A stretch of DNA of 33,780 bases from Nemertoderma westbladi (GCA_032718475.1 JAUCBJ010000767.1:1-33780), one strand, 5' to 3'. Positions 1-11,180 are shown, numbered from the stretch's first letter. Notes: generated by a model from the sequence alone, not told the origin. Numbers and translations: made by a program.

Positions 1-261
1 GTACATATAAACCTACGCGCGATACGTGAAGGACTATACAGGAAACGCTATAATCCAGGATTCGAATGTCAATTACATCGGGACGGAACCCATAAGACCA
101 GGAGTTGTAAGCACTGGCAAGCGTTGCCCAAACGAGATCGTGTAGCCTACACAGACGCAAACGGACTATGTCATCGATGTGTGGTAAAAGGACACAGATC
201 CGGAGAGTGTTGGAAAGGGAGAGGATGTGAAAGGACTAGACCAGGGGCAGAGAAGCCATGA
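1..261 (+). pseudogene. C-terminal part of a BEL/Pao-like Gag (nucleocapsid zinc-knuckle region), truncated by the window start
   Basis: Frame 1 from base 1 reads ...ECQLHRDGTHKTRSCKHWQALPKRDRVAYTDANGLCHRCVVKGHRSGECWKGRGCERT...EKP*. It has a CX2CX4HX4C knuckle preceded by a knuckle-like motif at BEL/Pao-type spacing. It is absent from the ORF track because there is no start codon in the window. Confidence 0.6.
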
Positions 262-413
262 GCAAACATAAAGGAGCCGGGAAAGTACAAGGAGGCGTGT
301 TGCATAAGCACGCAGGACTGACACAGTGCGAGGGGGCATTACATGGGCAGACGTCGTGTATACCGAAGGACGAACGGAGGTCGTCGAGGCCTTTAATGCC
401 AGCGCACATACAA

Positions 414-1342
414 CTACTAGGATCGGCATGCTGCATTGCAGCTGCATTTTTAAGAATGCTGTGCCGGCTTGTCAACAAAATTGCACCGCCACAACTCCCT
501 ATCACCCATGACATTTGCTAGATCATCCGCATCTTTAAGGCCAGTGTCCTTTAAGATGCGTCTCAAGAAAGTCATGGGCTGTCCACCATGCTTATTCACT
601 CCATGAGGCTGCCAAAGTACAAGATTATGCACTGGCTGGTCCTCACGGCGAAAGCAATGTCCTGCAAAGCGGAGGCGATTTTGTTCTAGTGTCAAGCTTG
701 GGGGAACCAATGAGACACCTCCAATGTTATATAGTGTCTGGTTGGAGATGTGTGCATTGTACTTGACACAATGTACCCGGCGTAGCATTCTTGTGAATGT
801 GCCATCCAGAGATTTGGTGTCCTCAGCAGTTAGAGCCCAGCATGGACTCCCGTAGAGGAGTACTGGAACTACTGCTGCTCTAAATAATCGGACCTTAAGT
901 TTCCGATTGATTCTAGGTGACTTCCAAATCCTGGAAAGAACTATTCAAGGCTGCCCATGCCTTTCCCTTACGTATTCGAAGGTCCTCACCTGACTTCCGG
1001 ATCCATGATCCCAGGTAACAGAAGTCGTCCACATGCTCAAGCATACCATCCTTTGAGCTTATGCTCATCCGATCAGAGACTTGCTGAGGACTTTCAAAGT
1101 TAACTGTCAGAATTTTGGTCTTTCTGGAGTTAATAAAAAGACCAACACTAGAAGCAGCATGTTCTAATGAGCTGAGGAGCCGCTGGGCTCCCTCTAATGA
1201 TTCTGAGAGTACTCCTAAGTCATCAGCAAAGTCTAGATCAGTTAGGTACTTGGCAGGATTTCCTCGACTTCTGGAGCCAGTAGGTGGAGTTATCATCACC
1301 CCATCATCATTATGATGATCTAAGGACATGCGTAGAACATAT
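414..1342 (-). mobile_element. 5'-truncated RTE-clade non-LTR retrotransposon (RT C-terminal half, frameshifted)
   Basis: ORFs 913-1350 (YLTDLDFADDL...FCYLGSWI) and 450-788 (RLRFAGHCFRR...LVLWQPHG). Short (TAG)n-type tail near 414-420. Exact 12-bp TSD GCGCACATACAA at 402-413 and 1343-1354. Confidence 0.9.
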
Positions 1343-1639
1343 GCGCACATACAAAGGGGGAGACCAGCAGAGGTAGTATCTAAGAAAGTGTGGCGAAGAG
1401 TAAGAGGACGTATAGGAGGGCAGTGGGAGAGTGCCTACTGGAAGAAGGGGCACCTTAGAGTTTCAGTCGTCCAATGTTTTGGACTGAGGGGGGTGGGAAT
1501 GAGGGCGAGACGCCCTTCCCACGCAAAATAATTATTTAATTAAAAATAAAAATAAAAAAAATAAATAATAAAAATAATTAAATAATAAATAAGTAGAAAG
1601 TCAGAAAGTAAGTAGATAGCTAGTTAAGTTAGAAGAGTT

Positions 1640-1935
1640 AGAGGGTACGTAGTACCGTTAGGTAGTGAGAGTTAGAGAAGTTAGTAAGAGGAGTACGTAG
1701 TACCGTTAGTTAGTTAAGAGAGAGTAAGAGTTAGAGGGTACGTAGTACCATTAGTTAGTGGAGTTAGAAGTTAGTAAGAGGGTACGTAGTACCGTTAGTT
1801 AGTGGAGTTAGAAGTTAGTAAGAGGGTACGTAGTACCGTTAGTCAGTGGAGTTAGAAGTTAGTAAGAGGGTACGTTGTACCGTTAGTAAGGAGTGTTAGA
1901 GGTATAGTTAGTAAGAGGGTACGTAGTACCGTTAG
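1640..1935. repeat. Tandem array of 7 units (44-49 bp), each carrying the hairpin GGTAC-GTA-GTACC
   Basis: Motif starts at about 1644, 1692, 1737, 1781, 1825, 1869 and 1918; linkers are A/G/T only. Confidence 0.9.
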
Positions 1936-1959
1936 TTAGAAAGTTAGTAGAGTAGTAGA

Positions 1960-2170
1960 GGGTTGTGGGCACCGTAAGCGCCACGTAGAAAGTAGTAGCA
2001 GTAGAAGGTTGTGGGCACCATAAGCGCCACGTAGAAAGTAGTAGCAGTAGAGGGTTGTGGGCACCGTAAGCGCCACGTAGAAAGTAGTAGCAGTAGAGGT
2101 TGTGGGCACCGTAAGCGCCACGTAGGAAGTAGTAAGCAGAGTGGTTGTGGGCACCGCAAGCGCCACGTAG
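1960..2170. repeat. Tandem array of 5 units (~46 bp) with imperfect hairpin GTGGGCACCGTAAGCGCCAC
   Basis: Five adjacent copies, plus dispersed copies near 2718 and 2835. Confidence 0.9.
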
Positions 2171-2454
2171 TTAGAGTTAGTAGGGGATGCATTGAACTTA
2201 GTGGGGCACGGACGTGATGACGTGTTTGATGTAAGAGCAGGGTATGTTAATTAGGGTGGGTGCCGGGCACAAGAGGTGCCGGGCACAAGAAGTAAGTTAG
2301 TAAGAGTTAGTAGTAGAGTTAGTTGAGTTAGTAGAGAGTTAGTAGAGTTAGTAAGAGTTAGTAGTAGTTCACATAATTAACTGCCGGCACTCAGGGCGTC
2401 ACGTGCAGTCGAGTAGACGAAAGGGAGTAGGATGCAGATAGAGTAGAGTAGTAG

Positions 2455-2715
2455 AGAGGGCACATAGGGTGCCAGAGAGTAGAATAGTAGAGACGGGCAT
2501 ATAGGGTGCCAGATAGTAGAGTTAGAGAGTTAGAGGTAGTAGAGTAGTAGAGACGGGCACATAGGGTGCCAGGTAGTAGAGTTAGAGAGTTAGAGGTAGT
2601 AGAGTAGTAGAGAGGGCACACAGGGTGCCAGGTAGTAGAGTAGTAGAGAGGGCACATAGGGTGCCAGGTAGTAGAGTAGTAGAGACGGGCACATAGGGTG
2701 CCAGATAGTAGAGTG
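2455..2715. repeat. Array of 6 units with hairpin GGCAC-ATAGG-GTGCC
   Basis: Copies near 2458, 2495, 2555, 2614, 2650 and 2686, separated by (GTA/GAGTA)-rich linkers. Confidence 0.85.
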
Positions 2716-3628
2716 GTCGTGGGCACCGCAAGTGCCACGTAGTTAAAAGAGTGGGTAGAGTTAGAGAGTTCAAGTTAAAGGGCTAGAGAGTTAGTAGACC
2801 TAGAGGGTTTTAGTTAGAGTTAGTAGTAGAGGGGTCGTGGGCACCCTAAGCGCCATGTAGTTAGAAGAGTTGGTAAGAGTTAGAGGGAGTTAGTAGAAGT
2901 AGAGAGTTAGTAGGAGTTAGTTAGACTTAGTAGAGCTAGTTAGAGTCGGAGAGTTAGTAGATAGTAAGAGAGTTAGATAGTTATCAAGTAAGTAGTAGAT
3001 AGATAGTATGATAGCACAGGGGTAGCATTAGAGATTAGGGCCTTAAGGAGTGGGAGAGAGTCCGGGGTATAGAGAGAGTGCGAGTGCAATTCAAGTGTGG
3101 GGGGGGGGGGGGGGAGAAGTAAGAGGCAGATTAAGGGACGAAGAGGTCCGAGAGTGTAAGAGTTGGAGTGAGAGTAGAGTAGAGTTAGAGAGGCGAAAGT
3201 GCTTGGGAAACAAAAGTCGTGTGGGAGGAGCGCACGATCGGCCCGACACGGAACGCCAGGCAAACGGGTAGCATCATCATACCCATAGGGAGCGGCCTGG
3301 AAAGCCGACTCCGAAAGAAAATAATCCCACCCCACACCCGATACTAGGTCGGGATCCAGCGGAATTGTAGCGCACTAGAGGTGGATGCTATCTTCTTACC
3401 GGGAAGATAGCATGGGGGGGAGTGTTAGCTTATCCAATTCCGCTAACCTACCCCATAAAGTGAGCCGTTAAGCAATATTGGGAACACGAGGTTGATTACC
3501 AATATCAACCTCGTGTCACCCCAACAAAGTGGGAAGGAGACACATACGCACAATAAGGGTCAGGGGTTACACCCCTGAAAGAGAGAGAATAGCAAGGGCG
3601 AAGGGAAGCACTTCAGAGGGGGGCAAAG

Positions 3629-3957
3629 GGTGACAAGTAGGATATTAGCCAATAGGGGGGAAGCATCGACTGGGTACAGCAATATGGCCAACTGTGCAAT
3701 ATATATTACCGGTCGATGCAACATTCATTCAGTTATCCCAGTACAGTCAGGCAGAACGGTGACAGTTAAGACCGTCACCGCCGTCACCAATCACAACTAG
3801 ATTATCATTACCGGTATACTGTGCTATCATTACTCTGTCTATCTTATTATCTTATCAATAATACTGGAAGAACGACAAACTCTTTTCTTTCACTCACACG
3901 GCGGGGACACGTACACAAACAACACCGGATAAACCGGGATCCTCGGATCCCGTCACA
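3629..3957 (+). mobile_element. Candidate 3' LTR, preceded by a polypurine tract (AGAGGGGGGCAAAGG, ~3615-3629)
   Basis: Starts (G)GTGAC right after a purine-rich tract and ends GTCACA (near-inverted termini, CA end). Base composition switches abruptly to AT-rich after 3957. The 5' LTR is not in the window. Confidence 0.45.
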
Positions 3958-4787
3958 ATGTAGGATAGATGGTATATATATTATGAAAATATAATAATTA
4001 TTTATGAATGTAATTAATTGTATTATATTTCAACATTTGGAGTAAAATAATTTAAAACGGGATAAACAATATATCTACAAAACATGAATACATAATTAAA
4101 AGAGATAATATAAAGATTAAAATATATTATATATTACTATATTAAAATACGAATTTATTTTGCGTTGTGTGCGTGTGGATCGGAGCAGGCAGACTATCTA
4201 AAAACATCGCGGTTCTTAGAGGGGAACAATTATTTATTACATGGGAGAAAAAGTAGAACTTTTTTTCACTATTCTCGAGGCATTTTATTTACCGCGTCAG
4301 CGAGGTTAATAAAGGGTCGAGAGAATATTGAAAAGAAAATGTTCCACTTATTTTCCATGTAATACGTTTTCCATATTGCTTCCATAGTTACTGCTATTGT
4401 AATTATTGTACTCCCCAACTCCTGATGGCTGCCTTACTCAATGTTAAATAATTTAGTGTTCTAGAATATTTATTAGGTAACTAGAGAGCCGCTTAACAAC
4501 ATAAACCAATATTGGCCCAAAATCACAAAAAGTGGCCAAAAACGTTTCCCTCCCACACGATTCGACTTAATTTTAGAATGATATTTTTTTGGAACCTAGT
4601 AAAGTTATATATATTTTTGAAGATAATTTTATGGTCCAACAGATGCACAAAAAATCATACAGCCACTCCGACTTTGAAAGATTTTACAGACCATTTAGTA
4701 CTAAAAAATGCAGGTTTTTCAATTGTCCAAAAAAGTTGATTGTATTATGTTATAGCTCATTTTAAAGCTAAATGATAGAGGAATGCA

Positions 4788-5569
4788 ATGGAATAACTTC
4801 CAAATTGTTTCATTGATATCATATTGAAATACAACAATGGTTATTCCCCATTAAAAACTGTACTGCTTAGTTGTTATTGTATCTGTTAAATACTGCTTAG
4901 TTACATCCAATCAATTAGAATATAAAAACAAAATTTAAAATATTCGCATATTAATAGGTTCCATCCACTAGCTACCATGGTTACAATTCACAACCACTTT
5001 GATTATAACTTAAGGCAGCGACAGTAAAGTACAGAGGCGCTTGCATACGTGGAAGAGGTACCGTATAGTAAATCTGGAACTGATTTTAAAGATTGAGACC
5101 TGATAATATGAGGGAGCAGAGTTCTAGAAATTCACATTTGTTGTAATTCCTTCAATGATCAAATGTCCCTTTGATATTCAAGCAACTAAATTTTACGGTA
5201 GCTATGTTTTAGGTAAGCATAGCTATTATTTTCGACACTACTGGTTCCGTTCTCCTACTTTCCCGTACAAATTTTTTTATCGTAGCACTTGTTAATTTTT
5301 ATATATAATTTCAATTTATTATACAGTAGTTCCTTTTAAAAAATATTATTCTAGAAGGAATACCGTTTTGACTAGAGTTCCGTATAGCACTACTAAAAAC
5401 ATATTGTTTTAATGTTGTTTTAAAACATATATCATTGTTACTATGGCAACGTTAAAGAGTTGTAGAACAAATGAAAATAGTTATATACTATTCTAAACCA
5501 TAAATAAAATAAAATAATATGGAATAACTTCCAAATTGTTTTATTGATATCATATTGAAATACAACAAT
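4788..5569. repeat. 51-bp direct repeat pair (4788-4838 and 5519-5569)
   Basis: ATGGAATAACTTCCAAATTGTTT(C/T)ATTGATATCATATTGAAATACAACAAT occurs twice with 1 mismatch. Confidence 0.85.
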
Positions 5570-5584
5570 AGATAATATACCCCT

Positions 5585-6852
5585 ACGAGAAAGGCATTTC
5601 CTAAAGGAAATGCAACCACGAAGCTAAGGAAAATTAAACAAACGGCCACAATTTGGTTCGTTGCTTAGCCTCGCTTAGTAGCAATTGTCAATAATTAACT
5701 TCTATTCCCATGGAAACTAGAGTTCTCTGGAACTGTTGCTTTAACCTTTGAAAAAAAATTCAGTACAGATTGTGGTTCAGATAACACATATACTGAGTTT
5801 CAGAAAATATTGTAGTTTATGTCCAGATTACCGATTTTCTATCAAATTGCATCTGTTTGCAGTGGTTGTCATGGAAACTGAAAAATAGAACAATGTAATT
5901 CGGATGCAGAATAAGTCATATTGTGGGGGTAGGGGTTAGTCCCAAGTCATAATACTATTAACTTGTGCTTCAAATTATCATTTTATAAATTTTAACATCT
6001 GTTTAGACTTGTTGCTATGGTAACTGTATTTTCTAATTAACCTCAAACGGCTTGGATATGGATCTTATAGATGAGTTGCAAAACCCCAAGTTTATATATA
6101 TTACAGTTTTGCTACAAATAGAGTTATCAATATAGATTTGAATGATATAGAGTTTAATAAACTACAGTTACCATGGTAACTAAATTTCTGGAATAATTTA
6201 AGTTTCACTAAAAGTTCCAACTCGTGGTCCAGATAACACATACCCAGTTTTGTAAAATTTTATCGTGAAGTCTATGTCCAAATGAATAAGTTTTGAATAA
6301 AAACATCTGTTTTCAGCGGTTGTCATGGTAACTGAAAAATAGAACAATGTAATTCGGATGCAGAATAAGTTATATAGTGGGGGTAGGGGTTGGTCCCAAG
6401 TCATAACACCTTAACCTTAGGCTTCAAATTAACATTTTATAAATTTTAACATCTGTCTAGCCCGGTTGCCAAGGTAACTGGATTTTCTATTTAACCTCAA
6501 TCGGCTCTGCTATGGACCTTATAGTTGTGTTGAGAAACCCCAAGTTTATATCTATTATAGTTTTCCTACAAATAGAGTTTTAAATATTGACTTGAAATAC
6601 ATAGACTTTTTTCTAAGTCCGTTGCCATGGAAACCAGATTTTTCCTGGATATGAGACCCAGCCCAAAAGATGCGCCTCGACGAGTAGTATATACATGCAA
6701 AATTTCAGGGTACTTTTAAAGGCTAGTTTTTTCACCTATCAAAAAAAACCAAATCTGCCTCACACAAGTAAAATAGCCCACTATGAATAGACCATCTCAG
6801 CTAAGGAAAATCTTTCTTAGCGAAAGTAGTTGATTTTCCTTAGCTTCGTGGA
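5585..6852 (-). mobile_element. Non-autonomous Helentron/Helitron2-like element (HINE), copy A
   Basis: Subterminal inverted repeats CCACGAAGCTAAGGAAAAT, an extra partial IR next to the 5' subTIR, a terminal hairpin GCATTTCC-TAAA-GGAAATGC, no TSD, and internal tandem repeats. Confidence 0.75.
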
Positions 6853-6907
6853 TTTTTGACAATTACTTGTCCCAAACGGTAACACCTAAATTCACCAAAA
6901 GGTTTTT

Positions 6908-8184
6908 ACGAGAAAGGCATTTCCTAAAGGAAATGCAACCACGAAGCTAAGGAAAATTAAACAAACGGCCACACTTTGGTTCGTTGCTTATAGCCTAGTT
7001 TAGTAGCAATTGCCAATAATTTACGTCTATTCCCATGGAAACTAGAGTTCTCTGGAACTGTGGGTTTTACCTTTGAAAAAAGATTCAGTCCAGATTGTGG
7101 TTCAGATTATAACACATATACCGAGTTTCAGAAAATATTGTAGTTTATGTCCAAATTACCGATTTTCTATCAAAATGCATCTGTTTGCAGTGGTTGTCAT
7201 GGAAACTGAAAAATATAATAATGTAATTCGGATGCAGAATAAGTCATATAGTGGGGGTAGGTCTTGGTCCCAAGTCATAATACTATTAACTTGTGCTTCA
7301 AATTATCATTTTATAAATAGTAACATCTGTTTAGTCTTGTTGCTATGGTAACTGTACTTTCTAATTAACCTCAAACGGCTTGGATGGATATGGAAATTAT
7401 AGATGAGTTACAAAACCCCAAGTTTATATATATTACAGTTTTGCTAGAAATAGAGTTATCAATATAGACTTGAATGATATAGAGTTTAATAAACTACAGT
7501 TACCATGGTAACTAAATTTCTGGAATGATTTAAGTTTCACTAAAAGTTCCAACTAGTGGTGCAGATAACACATACCCAGTTTTGTAAAATTTTATCGCGA
7601 AGTCTATGTCCAAATGAATAATTTTTGTATAAAAACATCTGTTTTCGGCTGTTGTCATGGTAACTGAAAAATAGAACAATGTAATTCGGATGCAGAATAA
7701 GTTATATAGTGGGGGTAGGGGTTGGTCTCAACTCATAACACCTTGCCCTTAGGCCTCAAATTATCATTTTATAAATTTTAACATCTGTTTATCCCGGTTG
7801 CCAACGTAACTGGATTTTCTATTTAGCCTCAATCGGATCTGCTATGGACCTTATAGTTGTGTTGCAAAACCCCAAGTTTAAATCTATTATAGTTTTCCTA
7901 CAAATAGAGTTATAAATATTGACTTGAAATACATAGACTTTTTTTGAAGTCCGTTGCCATGGAAACCAGATTTTTCCTGGATATGAGACCCGGCCCAAAA
8001 GATGCGCCTCGCCGAGTAGTATATACATGCAAAATTTCAGGGTACTTTTAAAGGCTAGTTTTTTCGCCTATCAAAAAACCCCAAATCTGCCTCACACAAG
8101 TAAAATAGCCCACTATGAATAGACCATCTCAGCTAAGGAAAATCTTTCTTAGCGAAAGTAGTTGATTTTCCTTAGCTTCGTGGA
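6908..8184 (-). mobile_element. Helentron-like copy B
   Basis: Same ends and internal structure as copy A, in the same orientation, ~55 bp downstream. Confidence 0.75.
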
Positions 8185-8209
8185 TTGGGATTCTATAAAC
8201 TAAATTATT

Positions 8210-11180
8210 ACTAGAAAGGCATTTCCTAAAGGAAATGCAACCACGAAGCTAAGGAAAATTAAACACTCTTTGACTCATCACTTCATTGCTTTACAGAGTT
8301 AAGAGGCATATGCCTTAAAACTCATATTACAATGGCAACCGGAATTTTCTAGAACTGTTGAGGATTACATTAAGATCCGGTTTGTGGTTCCAGGTGACAC
8401 ATACTTCAATTCAGTTTCATTGAGTAGTTAATGTGTAAAACAAAGGATTTAATTGTTAAAACGTCTGTTTGTAGTGGTTGTCATGGAAACTGAAAAATGC
8501 GACAATTTAAATTGGATGCGGAATTAGTGATATAGTGGGGGTAGGGATTGGTCCCAAGTCGTAATACCTTAAATTTATGCTTCAAATAACCATTTTATAA
8601 ATTTGAACATCTGTTTAGCATGGTTGCCCTGGTAACTGGATTTTCTAATTAACCTCAATCAGCTCGACTATTGTTCTTATCATTGTGTTGAGAAACCCCA
8701 AGTTTATATCTATTGCGGTTATTCTATAAATAGAGTTATGAATATAGACTTGAATGATATAATCTGTAATAAATTCCAGTTACCATGGTAACTAGATATT
8801 TCTGGAATGTTTTGAGTTTTTCTAAAAGTTCGAACTAGTGGTCCAGATAACACATAACCAGTTTCGTAAAATTTTATCGTGAAGTCTACGTCCAAATGAG
8901 TAATTTTTGTATTAAAACATCTGTTTTCAGCGGTTGTCATGGAAACTACAAAATAGAACAATGAAATTTGGACGCAGAATAAGTTATATAGTGGGGGTAG
9001 TGGTTGGTCCCAAGTCATAACACCTTAACCTTAGGCTTCAAATTAACATTTTATAAATTTTAACATCTGTTTAGCCCGGTTGCCAAGGTAACTGGATTTT
9101 CTATTTAACCTCAATCGGCTCTGCTATGGACCTTATAGTTGAGTTGAGAAACCCCAAGTTTATATCTATTATAGTTTTCCTCAAATTAACATTTTATAAA
9201 TTTTAACATCTGTTTAGCCCGGTTGCCAAGGTAACTGGATTTTCTATTTAACCTCAATCGGCTCTGCTATGGACCTTATAGTTGAGTTGAGAAACCCCAA
9301 GTTTATATCTATTATAGTTTTCCTACAAATAGAGTTATAAATATTGACTTGAAATACATAGACTTTTTTCTAAGTCCGTTGCCATGGAAACCAGATTTTT
9401 CCTGGATATGAGACCCGGCCCAAAAGATGCGTCTCGCCGAGTAGTATATACATGCAAAATTTCAGGGTACTTTAAAAGGCTAGTTTTTTCCGGAATCAAA
9501 AAAAACCAAATCTGCCTCACACAAGTAAAATAGCCCACTATGAATAGACCATCTCAGCTAAGGAAAATCTTTCTTAGCGAAAGTAGTTGATTTTCCTTAG
9601 CTTCGTGGATCTATTATAGTTTTCCTACAAATAGAGTTATAGATATTGACTTGAAATACATAGACTTTTTTCTAAGTCCGTTGCCATGGAAACCAGATTT
9701 TTCCTGGATATGAGACCCAGCCCAAAAGATGCGCCTCGACGAGTAGTATATACATGCAAAATTTCAGGGTACTTTTACGAGAAAGGCATTTCCTAAAGGA
9801 AATGCAACCACGAAGCTAAGGAAAATTAAACAAACGGCCACACTTTGGTTCGTTGCTTAGCCTCGTTAAGTAGCAATTGTCAATAATTAACTTCTATTCC
9901 CATGGAAACTAGAGTTCTCTGGAACTGTTGCTTTAACCTTTGAAAAAAAATTCAGTACAGATTGTGGTTCAGATAACACATATACTGAGTTTCAGAAAAT
10001 ATTGTAGTTTATGTCCAAATTACCGATTTTCTATCAAAATGCATCTGTTTGCAGTGGTTGTCATGGAAACTGGAAAATAGAACAATGTAATTCGGATGCA
10101 GAATAAGTCATATAGTGGGGGTAGGGGTTAGTCCCAAGTCATAATACTATTAACTTGTGCTTCAAATTATCATTTTATAAATTTTAACATCTGTTTAGAC
10201 TTGTTGCTATGGTAACTGTATTTTCTAATTAACCTCAAACGGCTTGGATATGGATCTTATAGATGAGTTGCAAAACCCCAAGTTTATATATATTACAGTT
10301 TTGCTACAAATAGAGTTATCAATATAGATTTGAATGATATAGAGTTTAATAAACTACACAGTTACCATGGTAACTAAATTTCTGGAATAATTTAAGTTTC
10401 ACTAAAAGTTCCAACTAGTGGTCCAGATAACACATACCCAGTTTTGTAAAATTTTATCGTGAAGTCTAGGTCCAAATGAATAAGTTTTGAATAAAAACAT
10501 CTGTTTTCAGCGGTTGTCATGGTAACTGAAAAATAGAACAATGTAATTCAGATGCAGAATACGTTATATAGTGGGGGTAGGGGTTGGTCCCAAGTCATAA
10601 CACCTTGCCCTTAGGCCTCAAATTAACATTTTATAAATTTTAACATCTGTTTAGCCCGGTTGCCAAGGTAACTGGATCTTCTATTTAGCCTCAATCGGAT
10701 CTGCTATGGACCTTATAGTTGTGTTGCGAAACCCCAAGTTTATAACTATTATAGTTTTCCTACAAATAGAGTTATAAATATTGACTTGAAATACATAGAC
10801 TTTTTTTGAAGTCCGTTGCCATGGAAACCAGATTTTTCCTGGATATGAGACCCGGCCCAAAAGATGCGCCTCGTCGAGTAGTATATACATGCAAAATTTC
10901 AGGGTACTTTTAAAGGCTAGTTTTTTCACCGGTCAAAAAACACTAAATCTGCCCCATACAAGTAAAATAGCCCACTATGAATAGACCATCTCAGCTAAGG
11001 AAAATCTTTCTTAGCGAAAGTAGTTGATTTTCCTTAGCTTCGTGGAAAGGCTAGTTTTTTCACCGATCAAAAAAAACCAAATCTGCCTCACACAAGTAAA
11101 ATAGCCCACTATGAATAGACCATCTCAGCTAAGGAAAATCTTTCTTAGCGAAAGTAGTTGATTTTCCTTAGCTTCGTGGA
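8210..11180 (-). mobile_element. Helentron-like copy C (diverged subfamily at its left part), with an internal duplicated fragment and nested copy D
   Basis: Starts ACTAGAAAGGCATTTCC. Fragment 9182-9608 is flanked by the 18-bp repeat ATCTATTATAGTTTTCCT (9164-9181 and 9609-9626). The element resumes after copy D at 11046 and ends CTTCGTGGA at 11180. Confidence 0.65.
9777..11045 (-). mobile_element. Helentron-like copy D, inserted into another copy of its own family
   Basis: It splits the family sequence GGGTACTTTT|AAAGGCTAG exactly, with no target duplication. Confidence 0.8.

Noticed and set aside
1640-2715. CRISPR-like appearance (palindromic repeats with variable spacers)
   Set aside because: Spacers are low-complexity and related to each other, there are no cas genes, and the context is eukaryotic TE sequence.
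3200-3957. Retrozyme or hammerhead ribozyme in the LTR-like element
   Set aside because: No CUGANGA...GAAA core with flanking stems was found by eye. Other ribozyme classes are not excluded.
6198-10929. Repeated short ORFs (MTWDQPLPP..., MYILL.EAHLL...)
   Set aside because: These are chance ORFs within copies of the non-coding Helentron-like element, with no Rep or helicase motifs.
5585-11180. Interpretation as a cut-and-paste TIR MITE
   Set aside because: The inverted repeats are asymmetric and subterminal with an external hairpin, and the nested copy shows no TSD.
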